Positions 1-8,826 of a DNA stretch of 24,000 bases are shown here, piece after piece. A model generated the notes under the pieces. That model was not told where the DNA came from, did not search any database, and was given only the letters and a program-made list of their open reading frames with translations. The position numbers were made by a program, and so were the translations under genes. Numbering within the stretch: the stretch's first letter is position 1; each line of letters begins with the position of its first letter. Source of the DNA: an uncultured Planctomycetaceae bacterium (GTDB taxonomy: Bacteria > Planctomycetota > Phycisphaerae > UBA1845 > UTPLA1); assembly GCA_964592235.1 (NCBI GenBank), contig CAZQCF010000022.1, forward strand, positions 41,404 through 65,403, written 5' to 3'.

Positions 1-1
1 A

Positions 2-1027
2 GACAAGTCGTCGGGGAACGTGCCCTATTTCGCGGTGCGCAGTGAGAACGTGCGCGAGTTGAACCTGCCGATCTCGCCCGAAGAAGCGACCGAGGTCGAC
101 CTCACCGGTTGGCGCGGGGGCGTGGCGATGATCCTCGACCGGGTCTCGCCTCCGCAGAAGCTCGACGCCCTCCAGAACCGATTGCGGGCGATGCGGCTGC
201 AGCCGGGCTTCGAATCGCACGGCTGGCGGCAGTCGGCCGTGTTCGGGTTGAAGTCCGCCGCCGGCAGCGGCGATTCCTTCGATCGCGTCATGGTTGTTGT
301 GGCCGATGAGAATTACCCGATGCTCGATGAGCAGGGCGGCTTGTCGTCGGCGTGGGTGACGGACCTGGCCGAACAGGAAGTGAAGCTGATCCAGGACGCA
401 CTGCAACGGCAGACCTCGCTTAGCCAGATCACGCAGTTTGACAAGCAGGTATCGGGCGAAGCGCAGACAGATGCCTACATCGCCATCGCCCTAAGCTGGC
501 TCATCATCATCCTCTACGTCTGGTTCCGATTCGGAAACGTCAAGTGGGGCATGGCGGCGGTCGTCGCGCTGATCCACGACATCTGCGTGGCCCTGGGCTT
601 TATCGGTTTGGCCCACTACGCCTCGGCGACCCCGATCGGCCGCGCGCTGATGCTCGAGCCGTTCCGAATCGACCTGGCGATGGTCGCGGCGATCATGACC
701 ATCATTGGTTACTCGGTGAACGACACGATCGTCATCTTCGACCGCATTCGCGAAAACCGCGGCCGGCTGAAGGATGTCAACCCCGACTTGGTCAATACGG
801 CCATCAGCCAGACCCTGGGACGCACCCTCTTGACCGGAACGACGACCTTTGCGACGATCCTGATCATGTACATCTTCGGCGGACCGGGAATCCATGGCTT
901 CAACTACGCCATGTTCATCGGTATCCTGACCGGGACGTACAGCTCGTTCGGCGTCGCGAGCCAGTTGCTCGTCAAGCGCGGACAGGGCGGCGCGGACGTC
1001 ACAGCGATGCGACCGGCAACGGCGTAG
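2..1027 (+). CDS. secF: Protein-export membrane protein SecF (or the SecF half of a fused SecDF); 5' end cut by the window edge
   Basis: The frame is open from the window edge. The translation carries the SecF hallmark block FGNVKWGMAAVVALIHDICVALGF ... MVAAIMTIIGYSVNDTIVIFDRIRENRG ... TLGRTLLTGTTTFATILIMYIFGG ... GTYSSFGVAS. More than 150 aa of periplasmic-domain-like sequence precede the first visible TM, so the true start lies upstream of nt 1. Confidence 0.9.
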   Translation, partial: DKSSGNVPYFAVRSENVRELNLPISPEEATEVDLTGWRGGVAMILDRVSPPQKLDALQNRLRAMRLQPGFESHGWRQSAVFGLKSAAGSGDSFDRVMVVVADENYPMLDEQGGLSSAWVTDLAEQEVKLIQDALQRQTSLSQITQFDKQVSGEAQTDAYIAIALSWLIIILYVWFRFGNVKWGMAAVVALIHDICVALGFIGLAHYASATPIGRALMLEPFRIDLAMVAAIMTIIGYSVNDTIVIFDRIRENRGRLKDVNPDLVNTAISQTLGRTLLTGTTTFATILIMYIFGGPGIHGFNYAMFIGILTGTYSSFGVASQLLVKRGQGGADVTAMRPATA

Positions 1028-1141
1028 CGACCGGACGGCTCGCGCGGCGCGACAATCAACCGGCGGGTTTGCCGCCGCGGCAGCACGGCGCGGTTCACGG
1101 GTCTTCGCCGACTCGTCAGCCGAGTATCACGGAGGATCATC

Positions 1142-2356
1142 ATGAGCACCGAAGCACGGATCGGGGTGGTGGCCGGACTGTTCATCGTCGTCGTGACGAG
1201 CGTCTATTTCTTCTACGGCCAGTCCTCCCGGATGGACGACCTGCTCGTTACGTCCACCGGGGCCAAGGTCTCGCCCCCGCCGAAGATTCCCGCCGCGGGC
1301 GAGGCGGCCAAGCCCGCCGCGCCGGTGTCAACGCCACCGACTGCCCTGGCGAACCAGAAACCTTCAACTCCGCAGCCGAACGGTGCGGCCGCAAGTCCGG
1401 TCTTCCTTGACAGGTCGTCGCAAACGGCGGGCGCGGATCGCCTTGGGACCGCCGATCCGTCCAGCCATTTGAATGCGCCGTCCAACACACCGCACGGCGC
1501 GGCGACGCCGACGGCGACCGACACCGGGCCGACCTTCGGCCTGGCACGCGGCACGCCTCCGCGAATCGGTGGCGACTCCGCCCGCGCGTCGGGAACAACG
1601 GGCGATGATCTCGCTCCGACCACGTGGGACCACTTGTCCAAGTCCACGGAGAAGCCTGCCGAGCGCGTCGCCATGGGTGACAAGCCCGCAACGGCGACCA
1701 AAGACATGCCTTCGCTGGCAGTCGGCGGACCGGACCATCGAAAAGAACCGAAGCCGTCTCCGGCGGGTGGCGAAACGTCGGCCAGGCCGCGTGACGCGAT
1801 CAATGCTCTTGCCGCGGATACTCAACGCGACTCGAAACCGACTCCTGTCGATATCAAGCCCGGTTCCGGTCCGTCTGCGTGGCCTAAGCAGCACAAGGTC
1901 GTCTCCGGCGACACGCTCATCGGACTGGCCTTTGCCTATTACGAAGACTCTTCCCGCGTCAGCGCCATCCTCGCCGCCAACCCGCAGATCAAGAACCCCC
2001 GCGGGCTGAAGATCGGGCAAGTCGTGACGATCCCCGCACCGCAAAGCGATCCGCAAGCGTCAGCACGAACCGCCGCGACCCCGCGAAGCGATTCGACCGG
2101 CCTTGTCACGCTGACGGGCCGAACGGCAGCTCCGCGCGAGCCTGCCGCGTCCGAGTCAATTGTAAAGCCTGCCACCGCCCGCACTTACATCGTCCAGGAA
2201 GGCGACACGTTCTACTCCATTGCCGCGCGTATCTATCATGACGGCAACAAGTGGCAAGCGCTTTACGAGGCGAACAAGACAGCCGTCAAGAATGATCCGA
2301 AACGCCTGCGCCCCGGCATGACCCTGACTGTCCCGGCCGATACTCAACGGCCCTGA
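1142..2356 (+). CDS. Membrane-anchored LysM-domain (peptidoglycan-binding) protein with a long Pro/Ala/Thr-rich spacer
   Basis: The ATG at 1142 is preceded by GGAGG (1131-1135). There is an N-terminal TM helix (RIGVVAGLFIVVVTSVYFFYG). Two C-terminal LysM-like units are present: HKVVSGDTLIGLAFAYY...GLKIGQVVTIP and YIVQEGDTFYSIAARIY...LRPGMTLTVP. About 230 aa of low-complexity P/A/T/S-rich linker lie between the anchor and the LysM units. Confidence 0.85.
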   Translation: MSTEARIGVVAGLFIVVVTSVYFFYGQSSRMDDLLVTSTGAKVSPPPKIPAAGEAAKPAAPVSTPPTALANQKPSTPQPNGAAASPVFLDRSSQTAGADRLGTADPSSHLNAPSNTPHGAATPTATDTGPTFGLARGTPPRIGGDSARASGTTGDDLAPTTWDHLSKSTEKPAERVAMGDKPATATKDMPSLAVGGPDHRKEPKPSPAGGETSARPRDAINALAADTQRDSKPTPVDIKPGSGPSAWPKQHKVVSGDTLIGLAFAYYEDSSRVSAILAANPQIKNPRGLKIGQVVTIPAPQSDPQASARTAATPRSDSTGLVTLTGRTAAPREPAASESIVKPATARTYIVQEGDTFYSIAARIYHDGNKWQALYEANKTAVKNDPKRLRPGMTLTVPADTQRP

Positions 2357-3756
2357 ACCGGCCGCCGCACCAACGTCTCGATCAGCAGTGCGACGTTGAC
2401 CAGCGCGAAGAACACGCCTGATCGCAGCCCCAGCCACGGGCTGCTCGCCGCGCGCCGCGCCCATTCGGTGTACCACCCTTCCGCCGATCCCGGCCATACC
2501 CACCACTGATTCACGGTGACGCTTAGCGCGAGCAGGGCCGTGCACGCGGCCCACGATGCCGTCGGTCGCGCTGCCCAGAGCCACAGCGCCATCGCGGGGA
2601 AGAGATAGCGCTCGTGCATCTGCGTGGCGAGAACGAAGAACGCGAGCGGCAGAACGCGCGCGGCCCAGCCGATCCATTTCTCAATCGAATCGGCGCCGCC
2701 GATCACGCGACGGGCTTGTACAAAGACATACGTCCAGATTCCAAGCACCGCGAGCAGGCCGATCGCGCGCGGCGTCAGCCCGGCCAGCCAGGCCGCATCG
2801 TCCCGCGCGTACACGCGAGCCAGTTGCGTCAGATCCGGCGCGTCGATGGGCCACTGAAGAAACCACGCCGAGAAGCCGTTCAGGTGCGTGAAAGGATAGT
2901 ACGCCGTCGCCCCGGCCAGCGCGTCCCAGACCCCGTCCAGGCGGCTGCGTACCGGCCAGAGCAGTGCGACCGAGACGACGAACGCACCTGAAACCGCTCG
3001 TGCGACCGCCTGACGATCCGCCCGCGCGGCTCGAGCCAATGCGACGATCCAGATCGGCAGGATCATCGCGGCCTGCGGCTTGGTCAGCACGGAGGCCGCC
3101 GCCAGCCCCGCCATCCAGCCGACGCGCCCGCGCCGCGCCGCCTCCACCGACAGCACCAGCAGCATCGCCAGGAACCCGTCCATCTGCCCCCAGGCGGCGC
3201 TGTTGTGCCATACGCATGGCAGCAATGCGTAGGCCGCGCCCACCGAACCCGCCCAGGCCCCGCCCACGCGCCTCCACAGCAGAACCACCAGCAGCATCGC
3301 CAGCGCCGCATCGGCCAGCACGGCCGGCAGCTTGAAGAGGAAATACGCTCGCCGAGCTTCGGGAGTCTCGTACGAAAGGCCGACTTCGCCGAACGTCTGA
3401 ATAGAAAGTCGCGCCTCCGGCGGCGCGAAGAAATCGTGCAGACACGCCACGCCCTGTAACACGTGCAGATAGCCCGGAGGGTAGTTCGAGAACCGCCGTC
3501 CATCGGGCCGCAAGTCATACAAGGCAGCCGTCCCGAGGGTCGTGCCTCGATCCGCCCACATCACAAACTGCATCAGATCGCCGCCGAACCCCGGCTGCGT
3601 CATCAGCGGCAGGCGAATCGCCAGCGCCGCCGCGAACACCATCGCCATCAACGGCCTGGCCCATCCATCCGCGCGCGCGCCCGGCGGGCCGGGCAGGGTG
3701 ACGCTCGAATCCGTTAAGCCTGCCTTTACCGAATCACTGGTTGAGTCCATGCCCAT
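2344..3756 (-). CDS. Polytopic GT-C-fold membrane glycosyl/mannosyltransferase (Gpi18-/DUF2029-/PMT-like)
   Basis: 470-aa ORF with about 11 hydrophobic segments. The first loop reads GDLMQFVMWADRGTTLGTAALYD...FSNYPPGYLHVL. This resembles the acidic-residue plus NYPP-x-Y loop I recall from Gpi18-like/DUF2029 lipid-linked-sugar transferases. The family assignment is from motif memory, not a search. The start is ambiguous: 3756 overlaps the upstream gene by 31 nt, and an alternative ATG lies at 3648. Confidence 0.55.
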   Translation of the reverse strand: MGMDSTSDSVKAGLTDSSVTLPGPPGARADGWARPLMAMVFAAALAIRLPLMTQPGFGGDLMQFVMWADRGTTLGTAALYDLRPDGRRFSNYPPGYLHVLQGVACLHDFFAPPEARLSIQTFGEVGLSYETPEARRAYFLFKLPAVLADAALAMLLVVLLWRRVGGAWAGSVGAAYALLPCVWHNSAAWGQMDGFLAMLLVLSVEAARRGRVGWMAGLAAASVLTKPQAAMILPIWIVALARAARADRQAVARAVSGAFVVSVALLWPVRSRLDGVWDALAGATAYYPFTHLNGFSAWFLQWPIDAPDLTQLARVYARDDAAWLAGLTPRAIGLLAVLGIWTYVFVQARRVIGGADSIEKWIGWAARVLPLAFFVLATQMHERYLFPAMALWLWAARPTASWAACTALLALSVTVNQWWVWPGSAEGWYTEWARRAASSPWLGLRSGVFFALVNVALLIETLVRRPVQGR

Positions 3757-5042
3757 TTCCGAAGCAGTCGCGGTAAGCCTGAATCGCGTGAAAGATACAT
3801 CAGCCTTAACTTCGCCGAGCGCGACCCCAACTCCGGCAACCGACCAGCCGCACGGTCCACGACGCCGACCGCGCGAACAAAGTCCTCCATCTCACAAGCC
3901 GTTCGCCCTGCAGACACCGCGAAGTATCGCCCCAGCCACCCCGCCACCGCAATGCTCAACACCAATGCGGCAACGCCCTCCAGCAAGGCCCAGCCATAAT
4001 ACGCATTACCAAATGCCGCGCGACCGACAATCCGCTGGCGAACGTATCGCGTCGCCAATTCCTCGCTCGCCGCGCCCATGCTCCCATTCGCCGCCGTCAC
4101 GGCTTCGACGTCCGAATGCGTCACGCGCCGCGCCCCCCGCACGACTCCGCCCAACACCTCACTGCTTGCTCTCGATGCCCGAATGAACCGTTGCGCGCGG
4201 CGAAATTGATTCAGCCGATATCGCCACGCGCTCCACCCGCTCGTCCGCGCCTGGCGCAGGTCCAAATGCTCGCAATGAGCGAAAATCGCCTGCCGAAACA
4301 GGGTCGTTTGCCGCGCAGTTGGCTCAGTTGTCTCCTGCGATCCCGCGTTCTCTTCTTCGCCTGCCACTCCCGAAGCCAGCAACTTCGCCAACTCCGCAAA
4401 ACGCTCCTCACGCACCGAATCGAGCCGCGCCGCCCGCAACGCGGAGACAATCTGCCAAACGTCGGCCAGGCGCCGCACCAGCGAGATATCCCGATTCGCC
4501 AATTGCTCGTCCAACACGTCAACCAGCGCCGTCATTTCCAATTCGCTCGCCTCGCGATCCGGCCGCAGAAACCACCGATCCGCTCCGCCCGCCAGCAGAT
4601 CGGGCTGCGCCGCTTCCAACATGCCGGCCAATCGCGCGATCTCTGCGCGACGCCGCGCCAACGGCTGACCCGCGCATCGTGCCACCGATGGACAATCAAA
4701 TCGAATCGGCGCGCGCAAGCGCCCGTCCTGCTTCTCAATGGAGAACGGATACATCCGACACGCCAGCGGCTTGGCTTCGGCCCCCTGCTCGACATGAATG
4801 CGGCATCGTCCATCGGGCTCCAGAAATACACAGCCCCCGTCCGGTCGATGGTTCAGCACCGGTTCACCACGGAGAAGCACATACGGCACCGTTCCCAGTT
4901 TCTCGCGCCAGGCCTGTTGATCGATTCTCGCGCGATCCGCCGGCGTGAGATGCACGACCAGCTCCCGGCAGCAGTTCGTGCAACCGTGGCAATCGAACTT
5001 CTGCCCCGAGACGTCCGTAATCAGCACGGTCAGTTTCGTCAT
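3726..5042 (-). CDS. YkgJ/UPF0153-type cysteine-cluster (putative Zn/Fe-S) protein with a ~330-aa uncharacterised C-terminal extension
   Basis: The N-terminus FDCHGCTNCCRELVVHLTPADRARI...GGCVFLEPDGRCRIHVEQG...KPLACRMYPF matches the CxxCxxCC ... C-x-F-L ... C-x-I-[HY] ... C-x-x-[FY]-P signature of the YkgJ/FliB-like family. The remaining ~330 aa are not recognisable and end with two hydrophobic helices. Confidence 0.7.
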   Translation of the reverse strand: MTKLTVLITDVSGQKFDCHGCTNCCRELVVHLTPADRARIDQQAWREKLGTVPYVLLRGEPVLNHRPDGGCVFLEPDGRCRIHVEQGAEAKPLACRMYPFSIEKQDGRLRAPIRFDCPSVARCAGQPLARRRAEIARLAGMLEAAQPDLLAGGADRWFLRPDREASELEMTALVDVLDEQLANRDISLVRRLADVWQIVSALRAARLDSVREERFAELAKLLASGVAGEEENAGSQETTEPTARQTTLFRQAIFAHCEHLDLRQARTSGWSAWRYRLNQFRRAQRFIRASRASSEVLGGVVRGARRVTHSDVEAVTAANGSMGAASEELATRYVRQRIVGRAAFGNAYYGWALLEGVAALVLSIAVAGWLGRYFAVSAGRTACEMEDFVRAVGVVDRAAGRLPELGSRSAKLRLMYLSRDSGLPRLLRKWAWTQPVIR

Positions 5043-5330
5043 AGCCGGCAGATTCTACGCGGTCCCTGCCCGGCGCGACGCGGCAATGCGGTGCAGAAAC
5101 CAGGTCAAAATGCCCGATACTTCTGAATCCGGCCGATTTTGCGCCCCGGTTTCTATTGCATGTGCCGACCCGCGGCGGGTACCATTCTCCGCGACGCAGA
5201 TCCGGAGCACGGGTGGGGGCCTGTCAGGGCCGGGTCGTTCGCTGGGAGGCGGGGAGACATGCGAACGAAGGAGGCCGGCCGTCGCGCCGGCCCTGCACGC
5301 ATTCAGGCTTCACACGGAGGTGAGCCGTTC

Positions 5331-6815
5331 ATGTCCAGAATCATTCCCAATCAGGCTGTTCCCAGTTCGACGGAGACCGCGCGCTCGTTGATGGACGCGC
5401 GAAGGTTTCGCACCGATATGTCCCAGCACTGGAGCAGTCCCTACGCCGCGCGTCGCGTCCACCTAATCGGTATCGGCGGCAGCGGCATGCGCGGCCTCGC
5501 CGGCGTGCTGCTTCGCTGCGGCGCCAAGGTCAGCGGGTCAGATCGCACGGGATTCTCGTCGCAGTCACGACTGGAAGAAATGGGCGCGACGATCAGCATC
5601 GGCCAGGCGCCGATCAACGTGCCGTCGGATTGTGATTTTGTCGTTTACTCCGCCGCGATCAGCGAAGACAACCCGGAGCTGCTCGAAGCCCGTCGGCGCA
5701 ACATTCCACTGCGCAAATACGCCGAAATGCTCGGCGAGGTCATGCGGCTGCGCACCGGGATCGCCATCTCCGGCACGCATGGCAAAAGCACGACGACGGC
5801 GTTGACGACGTACATCCTTCGCCAGGCGCGACTCGATCCGACCTTCGTCGTCGGCGCCGAGGTGAAGCAGCTCGAGTCCAGCTCCGGCGTCGGGGACGGT
5901 CCGCACTTCGTCGTCGAAGCGTGCGAGTTTGACCGCTCATTCCTCAACCTCGCGCCAAAAATCGCCGCCATCCTGAACATCGAGGAAGATCACCTCGACT
6001 GCTTCCCGAATCTCGACGCCATCATCGAGGCCTTCAAGGCCTTCGCCTCGCTCGTGCCCGAAGACGGCGTGATCCTTGCGAACGGCGAGGATCGAGCCGT
6101 CGCCAAGGCCGTCGAATCCACCCGCGCCCCGATTGAGACATTCGGCTTTTCCGAGGCCTGCACTTGGCGCGCGGTGAACATCGGCCAGACCCGCGGTCAC
6201 TATCGATTCGACGTCCGCCGCGACGGTCGATTTCTCCTGCATGCCCAACTCGACGGCCTGCCCGGCCGACACCAGATCAGCAATGCCCTCGTCGCCACGG
6301 CCCTCGCCACGCATGCCGGCGTCGCCCCCGCAGCCATCGCCGATGCCCTGATGACCTTCGCCGGCGCCGACCGGCGATTGACCCACCGCGGCGAAGTCTC
6401 CGGCATTCTTCTGCTCGACGACTACGGCCACCATCCGACGGAGATCCAGGTCACGCTTCGCGCGGTCAAAGAGCAATGGCCCGACCGCAAACTGTGGCTG
6501 GTCTTTCAGCCGCACCAGCATTCGCGGACGCGGTTCCTGCTGAACGACTTCGCGCGGAGTTTCGCCCTGGCGGATCATCTCCTCGTGCCGGACATTTATT
6601 TCGTGCGCGACAGCGCCGCCGAGCGCGACGCCATCTGCAGCGCGGACCTCGTCGCGCGCGTCAGCGCCTGCGGGCAGGATGCGAAGTACCTGCCCAGCCA
6701 TGCCGAAATCGTGGAACACATTGTCACACACGCCGTCGCCGGGGACATCGTCCTGACCATGGGCGCCGGCGATGTCTGGAAGATCGCCGATGACCTTGTT
6801 CGCCGACTTGGCTGA
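5331..6815 (+). CDS. murC: UDP-N-acetylmuramate--L-alanine ligase MurC
   Basis: Rossmann motif VHLIGIGGSGMRGLAGVL, P-loop ISGTHGKSTTTALTTYIL and a Mur-ligase C-terminal domain (DDYGHHPTEI). The listed ORF begins at 5139, but the first 64 codons look non-coding. ATG 5331 has GGAGG 10 nt upstream. Alternative starts are 5259 (GGGAGG 9 nt upstream), 5391 and 5418. Confidence 0.93.
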   Translation: MSRIIPNQAVPSSTETARSLMDARRFRTDMSQHWSSPYAARRVHLIGIGGSGMRGLAGVLLRCGAKVSGSDRTGFSSQSRLEEMGATISIGQAPINVPSDCDFVVYSAAISEDNPELLEARRRNIPLRKYAEMLGEVMRLRTGIAISGTHGKSTTTALTTYILRQARLDPTFVVGAEVKQLESSSGVGDGPHFVVEACEFDRSFLNLAPKIAAILNIEEDHLDCFPNLDAIIEAFKAFASLVPEDGVILANGEDRAVAKAVESTRAPIETFGFSEACTWRAVNIGQTRGHYRFDVRRDGRFLLHAQLDGLPGRHQISNALVATALATHAGVAPAAIADALMTFAGADRRLTHRGEVSGILLLDDYGHHPTEIQVTLRAVKEQWPDRKLWLVFQPHQHSRTRFLLNDFARSFALADHLLVPDIYFVRDSAAERDAICSADLVARVSACGQDAKYLPSHAEIVEHIVTHAVAGDIVLTMGAGDVWKIADDLVRRLG

Positions 6816-7755
6816 CATCTGCCGGTGCGAAGAGCCGCTGGCCCCGCGCACCTGGTTCCGCATCGGCGGACCGGCCGAGTACTTTCTCCAACCGCGTACC
6901 GACGCGCAGCTCGCCACGATCATTCGGCGATGCCACGAATCAGGCACCCCCCTGCGATTTCTCGGCCTCGGCGCGAACGTGCTCGTCAGCGACCGGGGCG
7001 TCCGCGGCGCTGTCGTGCACCTGGGCGACCCGCACTTCAGCGCAATGGAATTTGACGGTGATACGGCGCTGGTCGGCGCCGGCGCCGACATGACCAAGCT
7101 CGTTCTCACGGCCGTGCGAGGCGGCGCCGCCGGACTGGAACAGCTCGCCGGCATCCCCGGTTCGGTCGGCGGCGGCATCGCCATGAACTGCGGCGGTCGC
7201 TACGGCGACATCTCATCGGCCGTTCAAACCGTCACCGGCATCACACCGCGGGGCGAGATCGTCGAGCGCGCGGCAGCCGAGCTTGACTTTGGTTATCGCC
7301 ATAGCTCGCTGGGGGACGACTGCGCCGTCCGCGTTCGATTCGCTCTTCGCCGCGAGGACCCAGCCGAATTGAACCGCCGGTTTCGCGAAATCTGGGACTA
7401 TAAGAAGGCGACCCAGCCACCGCTGGGAGACGCCAGCGTCGGCTGCATCTTCCGGAACCCGCCGGGCCAGTCAGCCGGACTGCTGATCGACCGGGCCGGG
7501 CTGAAAGGCGAGCAATTCGGCACCGCCTACGTCTCTGACCGCCACGCGAATTTCATCCTTTCCCGTGCGGGCGGACGGGCGGCTGACGTGCTGGCCCTGA
7601 TCGGCCAAATTCGCCGACGGGTCCGCGACCATGCTGGAATCATCCTGCAACCCGAAGTACGCATTTGGGCCGATGAAGAAGAGTACGAACAGGCCGATTG
7701 GAACCTGGCAGACCGATCCGCGGCTCTAGCGACCGCGCCGGCTGCCGACGCCTGA
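6790..7755 (+). CDS. murB: UDP-N-acetylenolpyruvoylglucosamine reductase MurB
   Basis: EPLAPRTWFRIGGPAEYFLQP, LGLGANVLVSDRGVRGAVV and GIPGSVGGGIAMNCGGRYG are typical of the MurB FAD-binding domain. The gene overlaps the murC stop, by 26 nt from ATG 6790 or 44 nt from ATG 6772. GGAAG lies 7 nt upstream of 6790. Confidence 0.92.
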   Translation: MTLFADLADICRCEEPLAPRTWFRIGGPAEYFLQPRTDAQLATIIRRCHESGTPLRFLGLGANVLVSDRGVRGAVVHLGDPHFSAMEFDGDTALVGAGADMTKLVLTAVRGGAAGLEQLAGIPGSVGGGIAMNCGGRYGDISSAVQTVTGITPRGEIVERAAAELDFGYRHSSLGDDCAVRVRFALRREDPAELNRRFREIWDYKKATQPPLGDASVGCIFRNPPGQSAGLLIDRAGLKGEQFGTAYVSDRHANFILSRAGGRAADVLALIGQIRRRVRDHAGIILQPEVRIWADEEEYEQADWNLADRSAALATAPAADA

Positions 7756-7800
7756 CCGCGAAGACACCGAGGCACGAAGCCCGACAAGGAGGTTAGCCCC

Positions 7801-8781
7801 GTGGCCATGACGCATACCCGGTTTGATGTGGAGCGAATCACGCGCGCCGCGTCCCGGCAGAAACTCGCCATCACCGTACTCTCCGGCGGCCCGTCGGGCG
7901 AGCGCGACATCAGCCTGCAAAGCGGGCAGGCGGTCGCCGCCGCCCTGCAATCGCAGGGGCACCATGTTCACATCGAAGATATCAACGCGGACAACCTCGG
8001 TGCCCTGGCTCGCGCCGTCGATTGCGTCTTCGTCGCGCTGCACGGCACGTTCGGGGAAGACGGTCAGGTGCAGGAGATTCTCGAACGTCGCAACATCGCC
8101 TACACCGGTTCGGGTCCGGCGGCCTGTGCGCTGGCCATGGACAAGGCCGCGGCCAAGGAATCATTCAAAGCAGCCGGCGTGCCGACCCCTCGCTATGTCG
8201 TCGCGACGGCAACCAATCTGCGCGAGGCGCTGGCGGCCTGGAGCTTGCCGGTCGTCGTGAAGCCGGTCAAGGAAGGCAGCAGCCTGCACTGCTACATCGT
8301 GCGAGAGTTCGATCAGCTTCGCCCGGCGGCGCAGCGCGTGATCGACGCCTATGGCAGCGCGCTCATCGAGGAGTTCATCCCCGGCAAGGAGATCACGGTC
8401 GGAATTCTTGGCGATCGCGCCCTGCCGCCGATCGAGATTCGCACGCGGCGCGAGTTTTACGATTACAAGGCGAAGTACCTCGACGACGACACGCAGTACC
8501 TGTTCGACATCGACCTGCCGCCGGCGCTGCTGCAGCAGATCGCCGAGCAAAGCCTCGCGGCGCACAACGCCCTGGGCTGCCGTGATTTTTCGCGGCTCGA
8601 CTGGCGCGTCGATCCCTCAACTAACAAGGCATTCCTGCTCGAGGCCAACGTCGTGCCCGGCCTGACCACCCATTCGCTCGTGCCCAAGGCCGCGGCGCAG
8701 GTCGGCGTCTCCATGGCGCAGATGTGCCAGTTCCTGGTTGATGCGGCGATCAAGCGACGCTTTGCCAAGCCCAATGGGTAA
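7801..8781 (+). CDS. ddl: D-alanine--D-alanine ligase Ddl
   Basis: ITVLSGGPSGERDISLQSG, HGTFGEDGQVQEILE, YTGSG...AMDKAAAK, VVVKPVKEGSS and EANVVPGLTTHSLVP are ATP-grasp Ddl hallmarks. AAGGAGG (7786-7792) lies 8 nt before GTG 7801, and an ATG follows at 7807. Confidence 0.93.
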   Translation: MAMTHTRFDVERITRAASRQKLAITVLSGGPSGERDISLQSGQAVAAALQSQGHHVHIEDINADNLGALARAVDCVFVALHGTFGEDGQVQEILERRNIAYTGSGPAACALAMDKAAAKESFKAAGVPTPRYVVATATNLREALAAWSLPVVVKPVKEGSSLHCYIVREFDQLRPAAQRVIDAYGSALIEEFIPGKEITVGILGDRALPPIEIRTRREFYDYKAKYLDDDTQYLFDIDLPPALLQQIAEQSLAAHNALGCRDFSRLDWRVDPSTNKAFLLEANVVPGLTTHSLVPKAAAQVGVSMAQMCQFLVDAAIKRRFAKPNG

Positions 8782-8826
8782 CGACCGGATCGCTGTTTCG
8801 ATCCGTTTGAGGTTTCTGGCTCCTGG

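Noticed and set aside
1028-1141. Hairpin CGGCGG-GTTTG-CCGCCG after secF as an intrinsic terminator
   Set aside because: It is a 6-bp stem with no downstream U-tract. In GC-rich DNA such short GC palindromes arise frequently by chance.
5139-5330. N-terminal 64 codons of the listed MurC ORF (start 5139)
   Set aside because: The sequence MRPGFYCMCRPAAGTILRDADPEHGW... has no counterpart in MurC. It lies in the divergent promoter region, and better SD-supported ATGs occur downstream (5259 and 5331).
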